DNA of 64,000 bases from Dendrobates tinctorius (taxonomy: Eukaryota). The DNA is taken from contig NW_027361759.1 in the NCBI RefSeq assembly GCF_039654945.1, positions 12,152,001 through 12,216,000 on the forward strand, read 5' to 3'. Below the pieces are notes generated by a model. That model searched no databases. It was not told the DNA's origin and worked only from the letters and a program-made list of their open reading frames with translations. Made by a program: the position numbers and the translations under genes. This document shows, piece after piece, positions 23,771 to 36,202 of the stretch (the first letter of the stretch is position 1; the number at the start of each line of letters is the position of its first letter).

Positions 23771-26700
23771 AAAAGAAATTAAAAGAGGAATTATCTGATG
23801 GCGAATTACAGGCAATTCACCAAGAGATTGACAATGAATTCCAGAAGTGGGAAAAAGAAATCTGTACTAACGAAACCACCAAATTCCAAAGAGACACCAA
23901 TGACAAGCAATCTAATACAATGAACAGGTGGAATCGGAGATCACGCCGCTCCAAAAATCCTTCTAGAAAGAGATCCACCTCCTTTACATCATACGCCTCC
24001 AGTGAGGAATCCTCCAGATCTAGATCAACTAAAAATATGCAAACAACCAACCTGCCTCCCAATAGGGATACACAGGCAGTAAAACAGAAATTTACACTTC
24101 CTAATAAACAGGACAAGAGGGATAGGAAGAACAATTTGGAGGTAATTAACTTATCCAAACATGTTCTCACTATAGCCCAACTTGAGGTGTTGTCAAAGGG
24201 CCTCACTTTTTCCCCTACTAACAGCTATGACTCTTTTACAGCCATAAAAGATCTATACCTATTCTCAAGAAAATTGATTCTTAAGAAGCTATATACAAAA
24301 AGAGTCAGTGATCAACAACAGTCTGACCATATGGAAGAGGAGGCAGTGCAGGCCCTAGAAGAATTACTTAATGAACAAGACATGGCGCCTAAAGGTATGT
24401 TCCCTCAGTCACTTTATCCACGCTCCACTAGGTTTCCCCCATTGTCTCTGTGTCCGGCAGTGGACATTTTTACTAGAATGGTTGTGGAAGATTTTAAACA
24501 AATCTCTTATAAACGGAGAAGAGACAATCTCACGGCTTCACAGCAAGTGGCCTTAAGAGAATTACAGTCTCTTGAAGATGTATTCATCAAACCAGCAGAC
24601 AAGGGGGGAACATAGTGATTTGGCCACAGGATATGTATGAAAAGGAGGCATTCAGGCAGTTGAGAGATAAGAAGACCTACCTTAGATTAGACTATAGTCC
24701 TTTAAGAGCTTTCTCAGCAGAATTGGAGATGATTTTAAATCAAGCATTTGAAAAAGGTATAATCCCCAAGAATATTCTTGATGGATTATTAACCAAATTT
24801 CCAAAAATACCAACAATATATTTCGTGCCTAAAATTCACAAAAATGCGTCCCATTGTGTCGGGCATAGGGGGACTTTGTGAGCCAATATGCAAATTTGTA
24901 GACTATTAGTTAAAACCATTAGTCGAGGCCCTACCCTCCTATGCCAGGGACACAATGGACGTCCTGGCTAGAATCGACGGCATGACCCTTGACCACGACA
25001 TGTTTTTAGTGACTGCAGATTTTGAGTCATTGTATACATGCATCCGCCACCAGGATGGTCTCGATGCATGCCGTTTCTTCCTGGACAAAAGCAACTGGGA
25101 TGGCCCTCTCTGTGACCTCATCTTAGAACTTTTGGATTACATTTTGACTCACAATTTTTTTGTGTTTAGAGAACGTTTTTATTTACAACAGTGTGGCACT
25201 GCGATGGGTGCGGCCTGTGTGCCCTCCTTCGCCAACCTCTTCCTGGGCTTTTGGGAGAGGGAGATTTTTTGGGGGGAAGGCGCCCAGGCTGCTGACCATG
25301 TGCAGTGCTGGCTATAGTATATAGATGATATGTTCATCATCTGGCAGGGTACTGAACAAAAGTTACATGGGTTTATGGAGAGGTTAAATCAAAATCCTCT
25401 CAACATTAGACTAACGTACACTTTCAGTAAGACCGAGGTGGATTTTCTAGATACTAAGATACTGGTGGATGAATATTTTCAGTTACAGACAGACATATAC
25501 CGTAAACCCACCTCGGTAAATTCACTATTACACGCTAGTTCCTGTCATCCAGAGGCCACCATTAGGGCCATCCCAGTAGGACAATTCCTTAGATTGAGGA
25601 GGGTATGTTCATCTGACCCTAGGTTTGAAGTTCAAACCACGGATCTTAAAAACAGATTCAGGATGCGGGGATACAGTAATAGAAGAGTAAAACATGGATA
25701 TGAGAGGGAAAAGAGGAGTCAGCGCACGTCCCTTCTACACTCTAAGAATAGGACAAGTAAACAAAATGATGATCAAGTTAGATTCATCTCGGAATACAAT
25801 GGAGAATGGTCGACTATGAGGGAATGCTTACAGCGGCACTGGAATATTTTAAAAACTGATCCATCCTTAGCAACCTTCCTGCCTGAAAGACCCCTAATGA
25901 CAGCTAGAAGAGGCCATAATCTTTCTGATGCGCTTGTACATGGTCACTATGCTCCACGGGTAAAAAATCCCTTTAATTCTAAAGGTCCACCACATGGATG
26001 TTTTCCATGTGGACGTTGTTTGGCCTGCAAAAATATTATGCAAACTAATGTCTTCACCTCAGCCGATGGACTTCTACAATTCTCAATCAGACAATATATC
26101 ACCTGTACTACAATACAGGTGATATACTATACCACTTGTGGCTGTCAGAAGATTTATATAGCTTTAACTTCACGCCAGCTCCGAAACCGTGCAAGGGAAC
26201 ACATACGGGACATCATGGCAGCAGCTGCCGTCACAGACCTCTCGACTCTAAAGACCATACCTAAACATTATAAACAATTCCACCAATGTAATCCTAAATC
26301 TTTCATGGTTAGGGGTATCCAGCATGTTCGCAGTGGAATAAGAGGTGGAGACATACAACATACAACGCCTATTGGCACAAAAAGAGTGCAGGTGGATTAC
26401 CACCTTAGTAACAATGTCCCCTCAGGGCTTAAATGAATCGCAGGGATTTGCCTCTTTTCTGTGAACTGCTTTGGATTAACCCCTCTTGTTCGTTTTTCAA
26501 ATTTAGTACGCTCTATGTAACCTTTTTTACTTTTTTGATTTTTTTCCTCTCCTTATTCTCACCATCATTTTTTATATTGGCTTTTATTATTTATGTTGGT
26601 TTTTATTTGTTATTTATTGTTTGTATTGTGATTTCCTTCTAGTGACCAACAGTTTTAGCTCCGTTCAGGAGATCCCATTGATGTTTCCCCAGTATGATCT

Positions 26701-26914
26701 TTACAGCTCCATTTGGTTTACTGCCATCAAGATTTGTGGACAAGATGTTAGGAAATGTTGTTCGGGATATGATCCTATCCAGAATACATCGGTACCATGT
26801 AGGAAAGGTCCGGACTGACCGCTTCATGGATTAACCCACATCTAGTGAAGGACTAATAAGCCGTCATATTTTTGTATAATACTATTTTATAGCTTCTCTG
26901 TAATTGACTTATGG

Positions 26915-26917
<3 letters not shown>

Positions 26918-26955
<38 letters not shown>
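26918..26955. repeat. (AT)n microsatellite
   Basis: Direct run. Confidence 0.95.
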
Positions 26956-26959
<4 letters not shown>

Positions 26960-27647
26960 TGTGACTATATTAACAAACTACTTTTAGGATGGCTTATTTC
27001 AATATTTTTTGTTATTTGTTGTTTTGTTTTTCTTTATTGGCCACTATCTGAATGTATTGTTATCATGCCAATATATATTTTTCAAGAAGGGCTTGATTAT
27101 GTATTTACATAATATGTATTTAAATGGATGTATTTTTTATCTTGTTAAATCGTATCTAATACCCTGGTTTCTTCTGTCTATTATGTTTGCAGGCATTGCG
27201 TATGTGTGCCTCCCTCTGCTGGATATTCTCTGTGCGTCTCTCCTGCCTTCCCGGCTTCGCTGTGTCGCTTGGTGACATAAGCTTTCCGGGCGGTAGTGAC
27301 GCGCAGGTTTACTGCTGGCAAGGGAGCAACATCTGCTCCATAGCGCTGCTATATGCAACTCCTTTCTTTGGGCGGAAGTGACGCCTCTGCACAGAAATGG
27401 CAAGAGAGACATCCACTACTTCCTGTTCCACTGCCTGTTTGGCGGTGATGACGTACAGGTCTGTCATTGGCAGGGACAACACATCCGCTCTATAGGATTG
27501 TAAGATGTGATTATTTGGGGCAGAAATGACGCCATTATATGAGACACACTGGCGCCCAGCCGCGCCACTTGGTAACGGAGATTTCATTGGCTAATCAATA
27601 AATAAACCTGGTATTTAAATGGGAACTTGGGATTGTTAAAGCCATGC

Positions 27648-27688
27648 ACCCTGAAGAAGGATACTTACACCGAAACGTACGTCGGAGT
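27648..27688 (+). ncRNA. Type I hammerhead ribozyme motif in the PLE 3' pLTR
   Basis: ACC-CTGAAGA-A-GG..CC-GAAA-CGTACG-TC-GG. Palindromic ACGTACGT stem III; TATA-like TATTTAAA about 35 nt upstream. Confidence 0.7.
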
Positions 27689-30224
27689 CCACGTTTCCTG
27701 CCTTTGTGATCTGAAGCATGACGGGTAATTACCTGTTTATGGTGTGCAGTTATTAATTTAACTACTGCGTTTGTCTTGCGATGTATTCATACATGTAATT
27801 TTGGACAGGGGTGTCCTAACCCCCCCAAAATCCAGCACTCCCTCAGTTTCCATGAAGATTTTTGTCTTGGTATACTATTGATCCGGAGTACTTTATTTAT
27901 TTTTCATGGTAACATTCAAGGGAGCTCTGAATACTGGGGCTGCATTATGCTCTTTATTCCTGGGATTACTTCTGTCCATAGGAGATTGGCATGGCTATTA
28001 GCAGTTCCTCTGCCCCACATGCTCTCATTGTAATAGCAGGTTACCCATGCTAAAACCTAGGGTATTAAGGTCACTGAATGATATATATTTACCCTCTTTT
28101 CACTTTCTCTGCTCATCTAATGTTTATGATATGGTGTGTGTTTTGCATATATTGATATTTTATGTCATACATGATTAATAAAATGTTGTATTTTTATAAA
28201 ATAGCACAGACTCTACTCCTCCGTTTTTTCACACCACCGATAACAGCTGAACAGCGGGGGTATTAGGTGGTGGACCCCAAGCGATTACACATAGATGACT
28301 TATCCTAGTGACATCGATGCTAAGGTAGTGGACAACCTCTTTAAATGCAAGCTTTACAGAGGACAGGTAAACTAATACACTGAGCTAGGTAGAAGCTGGA
28401 CAAAACAGAAGCTGAGCTTCAGGCATAACGCTGACAGTAGAGGTTTCTTAGCTGACCACAACAGCAGAAGCAATACAAAGAGGCTCAAGTAAGACCCCGA
28501 GCTCAGGACCAGCGAAGAGTACAATATGCATGCGGACCATACAGCAGGGGCATAGCAGAGGTTCCGCAGCGCGATACCACATGCAGCATAATCATGGAAA
28601 AAATAAAAAAAGGCGGCTGTGAAGAACCGTGCACAGAACAGACAGAAGACAACATCTGTCCTTTCTGTCCAAGGACAGAAAAAAAACATGCTTAGCAAGG
28701 TTAGTGGGGTATTTGTAGAGTGGGGACAGGACAGGGTGGCATTTAATTAATTTAAAGTTCCATTTGTCTTACCAGCTCACAGGAGCAAAATTCCCCCATT
28801 GTTGTGCTGCTGATTAAGATGTAAAGGGAAAAAAAAACATTTTTATAATCTTTAACAACACCTTTAGCATAGGAATTGTTTTATCAGCAGGTATGGGAAG
28901 TAACGACCATTTGTTTTCCCACCTTCTAGTATTACAATAAAAGCACTGAAGTAATTTACTTTGTCTGACCAAATAATTTATAGCGATATTAAGCTGTTTT
29001 GCAGAGTAACAACTACAGACCACTCATTATACTAAGTGACTCATCAAGCTTTTACAACTGTTTGGCTGTTAATTGTGCTCTCTGCCATTCATCCAAGTTA
29101 CCTGCAGAAGTCACATTTTCGGTGAATCATTTATATGTGCTTCATTCAATCAAAGTCTCTGTGTTACAAATATTGCAGGTTTAGTAAAGATCCTCAAAAA
29201 TGAATATTTAGTTATAAAAGGTAACTGTGTGCACTATACCTGTGTAAACAGGATTGGAGACCACCAGTGCTGTGTATATGGACATGACCAGACAGTCGAT
29301 GACATTGGACACTTCAATGAGCGAGGTCAGAGGATATTAATAATAACTTCTGATCTCTACACAGTTGTATGAGCAACATCTCATTAACATCATGCAGAGT
29401 TTTGAGGAAGACACTTCCGCACGAGTGAAGACCCAGATTAGCTTAGTATAAGAAAATTAAGATTTATGTACTTGCTCCAGCTGTAGATGTAGCTAATTTT
29501 TCAAGCAACTGTACAAAGTATATTTCTACTTTCACTAAAATCAGTGCATGTGTCTGTTTTGAACCTTTTGAATGACTCAGAAAATACATATGATATCCAT
29601 TTTTATTAAGTGTAAGCATAGAAATGCTAATAGCAATTAGAAAATCTTCAGTTTAATTGAAATTAGTTGGAAATTGCAAATTATTTTATATCATTTTCCT
29701 ACTGAGTTGATTAAAAATGTTGTCTGGTTAACTAAATATAAAAAAGCCTCAAGATGAGGAAAAACATGAGATGACGGAATTAGGAGGAATTAGTATTACT
29801 TCTTTGTTTTTTCGAAATGTTATTTAAAAAAGTTCCGAACGAACATATTAGGTCCTGTTTCTGGTCTCAGTTATACTGTGGCTCATTTAACTTAATTTTA
29901 TATGTATTTTTAGTAAAACAAGATACTGAAAAAAATTTTAATTAAGAAATGACATATTGATTTCTGTTGTGGATATACGCTGTACAGTTATACAAATGTC
30001 ACTTTTTCTCTGTTACCTATTGTACCAAAGAAGAGGGATACCAGTCCTAAGGGCTCATACCTATCTGTGAGAAAAAAAAGTCCGTTTACCGGACCGAAAA
30101 AATGAACGCATGCCATGCGAGTGTCATGCAATTTCCGTGCGATTTTTAAACGGAACCTCCGTATGACATGCGTATGCAATCCGTATGCAATGCGATTTTA
30201 ACATGAGCTTTTACAGATGACAGA

Positions 30225-30450
30225 TTTTTGGCAGTTCCAATTGAACAGACCACATAAAGTTGACCATGAGAAAAGCATGGAGATTGCAAATCGATCCCTA
30301 CTACTTTCAAGGACTGTCCCTGAGCATTGTTAATGGACATTGCAAATAGCAGTTGAACTGGAAACTGGAGGCGTTTAAAATCAAAAAACAAATCAGATGA
30401 AATTAGTGGAATTCTTGGAATGAAAATGTCCTCTCCCTTGGCACATCCTG
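30225..30450 (-). pseudogene. Helitron RepHel PIF1-helicase C-terminal fragment
   Basis: GEDIFIPRIP..FKRLQFPV..FAMSINNAQGQSL..CFSHGQLYV. Confidence 0.9.
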
Positions 30451-31089
30451 TTTCTGAGCTGTGCATCTAACCCTATCCTGTGTGATACTGGGCTCCCCCT
30501 GCAGTCTGTGTCAGAGGGTGGTCTGCGTTGGCATGGTAATAAATTGTGTTATTTCCAGCTTTACAGAAGGACAATAACACCATAGAAATGATAAGAATAA
30601 TAGGCAAAATTGTTTGGTGAATTGGAATGCGTGTGGTTAAAATTTTGCCTCACAACATAGCCTATGACGCTCTCGGGGTCCAGACGTGTGACTGTGCAAA
30701 ATTTTGTGGCTGTAGCTGCAACAGTGCACATGCCAATCCCGGACATCCACACATACACACACCCATACACTTTTTCCCCATTATGTACCTAGGGGCAAAA
30801 TTGTTTGGAGAATTGGAACACGCGGGGTTAAATTTCACCTTACAATATAGCCTATGACTAGTGTTGAGCGATACCATCCGATACTGAGAAATATCAGATC
30901 GGATTGGATTGGACCGATACCCAAAAAGTATCGGGTATTGCCGATTCTGATACCGGAAGTCCCATGCAAGTCTATGGGACAGAAATATCGGAAGTAAAAA
31001 AAACCCTTTCTTTCCTTGCACATCCAGTTTGGGAGGGGGGAAGAGTGTGGTCGGTGCATGGGCGGACACTGTGCGTGTCTGTGTGTGCG

Positions 31090-31460
31090 GGCGGGGTCTG
31101 TACGGGCCTCTCAGGGGCCTATGCAGGCCTCTCGGGGGTCTGTGCGGGCCTGCTGGGGCCTGTACGGGCCTCACGGGGGTCTACGCGGGCCTGCCCGGGG
31201 CCCTGTGCGGGCATGCCGGGGCCCGTACGGGCCTCTCAGGGGTCTATGCGGGCCTGCCGGGGCCCTGTGCGTGCCTGCCAGGGCCTGTACGGGCCTCTCG
31301 GGCGTCTATGCGGGCCTGCTGGGGCCCTGTGCGGGCCTGCCGGGTCCTGTATGGGCCTCTCAGGGGTCTATGCGGGCCTGCCGGGGCCCTGTGAGGGCCT
31401 GCCGGGGCCTGTACGGGCCTCTCGGGGGTCTATGCGGGCCTGCCAGGGGTCTGTGCAGGC
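31090..31460. repeat. GC-rich minisatellite (GGGCCTGCCGGGGCC-type), inverted partner at 36585-37030
   Basis: Short tandem units; reverse-complement array on the other arm of the hAT element. Confidence 0.9.
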
Positions 31461-32168
31461 ATCGTCCGATGGGACTACAAGTCCCATTGAGAGATGCCTG
31501 CTACAATGACAGTGATTGACACATTAGCCAATGATGGGACAGTAGGTATCCTTCCGCACTGTATTCCTCTGCCACTGTAGAAAAAAAGTCCCTAGTCTCA
31601 CTTTTGGCATTGCTGTGCGAGAAGGTTCCCACGCAGCTTTTGCCATAAAGTGAGACTAGGGACTTTTTTTCTACAGTGGCAGAGGAATACAGTGCGGAAG
31701 GATACCTACCTCCCGTCATTGTATTCCTGGGGCCCGCAGAGAGCGGTGGCATCAGCTGATGCTGCTGTTCTCCACGGGAGATCGTCATGTGACACTCGTG
31801 GATTTCTGCGGATCAGGGAGTATATCGCTTGTTTGTTATTTTCATATTTTTCCACAGATGACACTGGCTTCGGGGATCAAAGTGACAAGTAATAGTGAGT
31901 ATGTACTCTATGTTATATGTACTGTATGTCTATATGTATGTATTGTATGAATGTATGAATGTATTGTATGTAGTATGTATGTAGTATGTATGTTGTATGT
32001 AGCATGTATTATGTATGTTGTATGAATGTAGTATATATGTAGTATGTTATGCAGTATGTAAGTATGTATGTTGTATGAATGTATATATGTAGTATGTATG
32101 TAGTATGTAGTATGTATGTATGTTGTATGAATGTAGTATATATGTAGTATGTATGTATGTATGTTGTA

Positions 32169-33784
32169 CAGTCATATGTAAAAGTTTGGGCACCCCTATT
32201 AATGTTAACCTTTTTTCTTTATAACAATTTTGGTTTTTGCAACAGGTATTTCAGTTTCATATATCTAATAACTGATGGACTCAGATATATTTCTGGATTC
32301 AAATGAGGTTTATTGTACTAACAGAAAATGTTCAATCTGCATTTAAACAAAATTTGACTGGTGCAAAAGTATGGGCACCCTTATCATTTTCTTGATTTGA
32401 ACACTCCTAACTACTTTTTACTGACTTCCTGAAGCACTAAATTGGTTTTGTAACCTCATTGAGCTTTGAACTTCATAGCCAGGTGTATCAAATCATGAGA
32501 AAAGGTATTTAAAGTGGCCACTTGCAAGTAGTTCTCCTATTTGATTCTCCTATGAAGAGTGGCATCATGGGATCCTCAAAACAACTCTCAAATGATCTGA
32601 AAACAAAGATTATTCAACATAGCTTTTCAGGGGAAGGATACAAAAAGTTGTCTCAGAGATTTAACCAGTCAGTTTCCACTGTGAGGAACATAGTAAGGAA
32701 ATGGAAGAACACAGGTACAGTTCTTGTTAAGCCCAGAAGTGGCAGGCCAAGAAAAATATCAGAAAGGCAGAGAAGAAGAATGGTGAGAACAGTCAAGGAC
32801 AATCCACAGACCACCTCCAAAGACCTGCAGCATCATCTTGCTGCAGATGGTGTCACTGTGCATCGGTCAACAATACAGCGCACTTTGCACAAGGAGAAGC
32901 TGTATGGGAGAGTGATGCGAAAGAAGCCGTTTCTGCAAGCACGCCACAAACAGAGTCGCCTGAGGTATGCAAAAGCACATTTGGACAAGCCAGTTACATT
33001 TTGGAAGAAGGTCCTGTGGACTAATGAAACAAAGATTGAGTTGTTTGGTCATACAAAAAGGCGTTATGCATGCGCTGTATTGTTGACCGATGCACAGTGA
33101 CACCATCTGCAGCAAGATGATGCTGCAGGTCTTTGGAGGTGGTCTGTGGATTGTCCTTGACTGTTCTCACCATTCCTCTTCTCTGCCTTTCTGATATTTT
33201 TCTTGGCCTGCCACTTCTGGGCTTAACAAGAACTGTACCTGTGTTCTTCCATTTCCTTACTATGTTCCTCACAGTGGAAACTGACTGGTTAAATCTCTGA
33301 GACAACTTTTTGTATCCTTCCCCTGAAAAGCTATGTTGAATAATCTTTGTTTTCAGATCATTTGAGAGTTGTTTTGAGGATCCCATGATGCCACTCTTCA
33401 TAGGAGAATCAAATAGGAGAACTACTTGCAAGTGGCCACTTTAAATACCTTTTCTCATGATTTGATACACCTGGCTATGAAGTTCAAAGCTCAATGAGGT
33501 TACAAAACCAATTTAGTGCTTCAGGAAGTCAGTAAAAAGTAGTTAGGAGTGTTCAAATCAAGAAAATGATAAGGGTGCCCATACTTTTGCACCGGTCAAA
33601 TTTTGTTTAAATGCAGATTGCACATTTTCTGTTAGTACAATAAACCTCATTTGAATCCAGAAATATAACTGAGTCCATCAGTTATTAGATATATGAAACT
33701 GAAATACCTGTTGCAAAAACCAAAATTGTTATAAAGAAAAAAGGTTAACATTAATTGGGGTGCCCAAACTTTTACATATGACTG
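32169..33784. mobile_element. Fold-back Tc1 derivative: 714-bp inverted arms with a 188-bp spacer
   Basis: TA-CAGTCATATG...CATATGACTG-TA; 32169-32882 is the reverse complement of 33071-33784. Confidence 0.93.
32567..33100 (+). CDS. Truncated Tc1 transposase (paired-like DNA-binding domain; mirrored ORF at 33021-33386 minus)
   Basis: MGSSKQLS..GYKKLSQRF..RSGRPRKI..MRKKPFL..VLWTNETK (first catalytic D is N; remainder absent). Confidence 0.7.
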   Translation: MGSSKQLSNDLKTKIIQHSFSGEGYKKLSQRFNQSVSTVRNIVRKWKNTGTVLVKPRSGRPRKISERQRRRMVRTVKDNPQTTSKDLQHHLAADGVTVHRSTIQRTLHKEKLYGRVMRKKPFLQARHKQSRLRYAKAHLDKPVTFWKKVLWTNETKIELFGHTKRRYACAVLLTDAQ

Positions 33785-34596
33785 TATGAATGTAGTTTAT
33801 ATGTAGTATGTATCTAGTATGTAGTATGTATTTATGTTGTATCAATGTAGCATATATGTTGTATGTTTGTAGTATGTTGTATGAATGTAGTGTATATGAA
33901 GTATGTATGTAGTATGTAGTATGTATGTATGTTGTATGAATGTAGTATATATGTAGTTTGTATGTATGTATGTTGTATGAATGTAGTATATATGTAGTAT
34001 GTATCTAGTATGTAGTATGTATGTTGCATGAATGTAGTATATATGTTGTATGTATGTAGTATGTATGTTGCATGAATGTAGTATATATGAAGTATGTATG
34101 TAGTATGTATGTAAGCTGTATGAATGTAGTATGAATGTAGTATGTATGTAGTATGTATGTATGCTGTATGAATGTAGTATATATGAAGTATGTATGTAGT
34201 ATGTAGTATGTATGTATGTTGCATGAATGTAGTATATATGAAGTATGTATGTAGTATGTATGTATGTTGTATGAATGTAGTATATATGTAGTATGTATGT
34301 ATGTTGTATGTATGTAGTATGTAGTATGTATGTATGCATGAATGTAGTATGTATGTAGTATGTATGTAAGTTGTATGTATGTAGTGTGTATGTATGTATG
34401 TTGTATGAATGTAGTATATATGAAGTAAGTATGTAGTATGTATGTTGTATGAATGTAGTATATATGTGGTATGTATGTATGTTGCATGAATGTAGTATAT
34501 ATGAAGTATGTATGTAGTATGTAGTATGTATGTTGTATGAATGTAGTATATATGTAGTATGTATGTATGTTGTATGAATGTAGTATATATGAAGTA

Positions 34597-36202
34597 CAGT
34601 GGGGAAAAAAAGTATTTAGTCAGTCAGCAATAGTGCAAGTTCCACCACTTAAAAAGATGAGAGGCGTCTGTAATTTACATCATAGGTAGACCTCAACTAT
34701 GGGAGACAAACTGAGAAAAAAAATCCAGAAAATCACATTGTCTGGTTTTTTTTTCATTTTATTTGCATATTATGGTGGAAAATAAGTATTTGGTCAGAAA
34801 CAAAATTTCATCTCAATACTTTGTGATATATCCTTTGTTGGCAATGACAGAGGTCAAACGTTTTCTGTAAGTCTTCACAAGGTTGCCACACACTGTTGTT
34901 GGTATGTTGGCTCATTCCTCCATGCAGATCTCCTCTAGAGCAGTGATGTTTTTGGCTTTTCGCTTGGCAACACGGACTTTCAACTCCCTCCAAAGGTTTT
35001 CGATAGGGTTGAGATCTGGAGACTGGCTAGGCCACTCCAGGACCTTGAAATGCTTCTTACGAAGCCACTCCTTCGTTGCCCTGGCAGTGTGCTTTGGATC
35101 ATTGTCATGTTGAAAGACCCAGCCACGTTTCATCTTCAATGCCCTTGCTGATGGAAGGAGGTTTGCACTCAAAATCTCACGATACATGGCCCCATTCATT
35201 ATTTCATGTACCCGGATCAGTCGTCCTGGCCCCTTTGCAGAGAAACAGCCCCAAAGCATGATGTTTCCACCACCATGCTTTACAGTAGGTATGGTGTTTG
35301 ATGGATGCAACTAAGTATTCTTTTTCCTCCAAACACGACAAGTTGTGTTTCTACCAAACAGTTCCAGTTTGGTTTCATCAGACCATAGGACATTCTCCCA
35401 AAACTCCTCTGGATCATCCAAATGCTCAGTAGCAAACTTCAGACAGGCCCAGACATGTACAGGCTTAAGCAGTGGGACACGTCTGGCACTGCAGGATCTG
35501 AGTCCATGGTGGCGTAGTGTGTTACTTATGGTAGGCCTTGTTACATTGGTCCCAGCTCTCTGCAGTTCATTCACTAGGTCCCCCCGCGTGGTTCTGGGAT
35601 TTTTGCTCACCGTTCTTGTGATCATTCTGACCCCACGGGGTGGGATTTTGCGTGGAGCACCAGATCGAGGGAGATTATCAGTGGTCTTGTATGTCTTCCA
35701 TTTTCTAATTATTGCTCCCACAGTTGATTTCTTCACTCCAAGCTGGTTGGCTATTGCAGATTCAGTCTTACCAGCCTGGTGCAGGGCTACAATTTTGTTT
35801 CTGGTGTCCTTTGACAGCTCTTTGGTCTTCACCATAGTGGAGTTTGGAGTCAGACTGTTTGAGGGTGTGCACAGGTGTCTTTTTATACTGATAACAAGTT
35901 TAAACAGGTGCCATTACTACAGGTAATGAGTGGAGGAAAGAGGAGACTCTTAAAGAAGAAGTTACAGGTCTGTGAGAGCCAGAAATCTTGATTGCTTGTT
36001 TCTGACCAAATACTTATTTTCCACCATAATATGCAAATAAAATGAAAAAAAAACAGACAATGTGATTTTCTGGATTTTTTTTTCTCAGTTTGTCTCCCAT
36101 AGTTGAGGTCTACCTATGATGTAAATTACAGACGCCTCTCATCTTTTTAAGTGGTGGAACTTGCACTATTGCTGACTGACTAAATACTTTTTTTCCCCAC
36201 TG
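34597..36202 (-). mobile_element. Full-length Tc1 (IR/DR type), copy A
   Basis: ~200-bp TIRs starting CAGTGGGGAAAAAAAG, TA TSD, 1606 bp. Confidence 0.95.
34813..35835 (-). pseudogene. DD34E Tc1 transposase with two premature stops
   Basis: Colinear with 47517-48539; stops at 35311-35313 and 34912-34914. Confidence 0.93.

Larger units (their letters stand above)
22883..26470 (+). pseudogene. PLE polyprotein: N-terminal domain, RT, Cys-rich linker, GIY-YIG endonuclease (stops and frameshifts)
   Basis: KGLTFSPT, IKPADKGG, ADFESLYT, QQCGTAMGA, YIDD (25318-25329), DIYRKPT, CFPCGRCLAC, VIYYTTCGCQKIYIALTSR..R..EH. Confidence 0.92.
21998..28231 (+). mobile_element. Penelope-like retroelement, Neptune type, with inverted 5' pLTR
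   Basis: 15-bp TSD CACCACCGATAACAG (21983-21997, 28232-28246). 22101-22347 is the reverse complement of 27989-28231. RT and GIY-YIG remnants are present. Confidence 0.9.

Noticed and set aside
21708-28344. Single Kolobok/T2 MITE hosting the PLE
   Set aside because: The left (AGGGAACGTGTC) and right (GGACAACCTCT) ends do not match as one TIR pair; probably two fragments
28372-29450. Possible host exons (hydrophobic 108-aa minus ORF and the 29220-29450 block)
   Set aside because: No recognisable protein family or consistent splice and frame pattern; RNA-seq or conservation data would be needed
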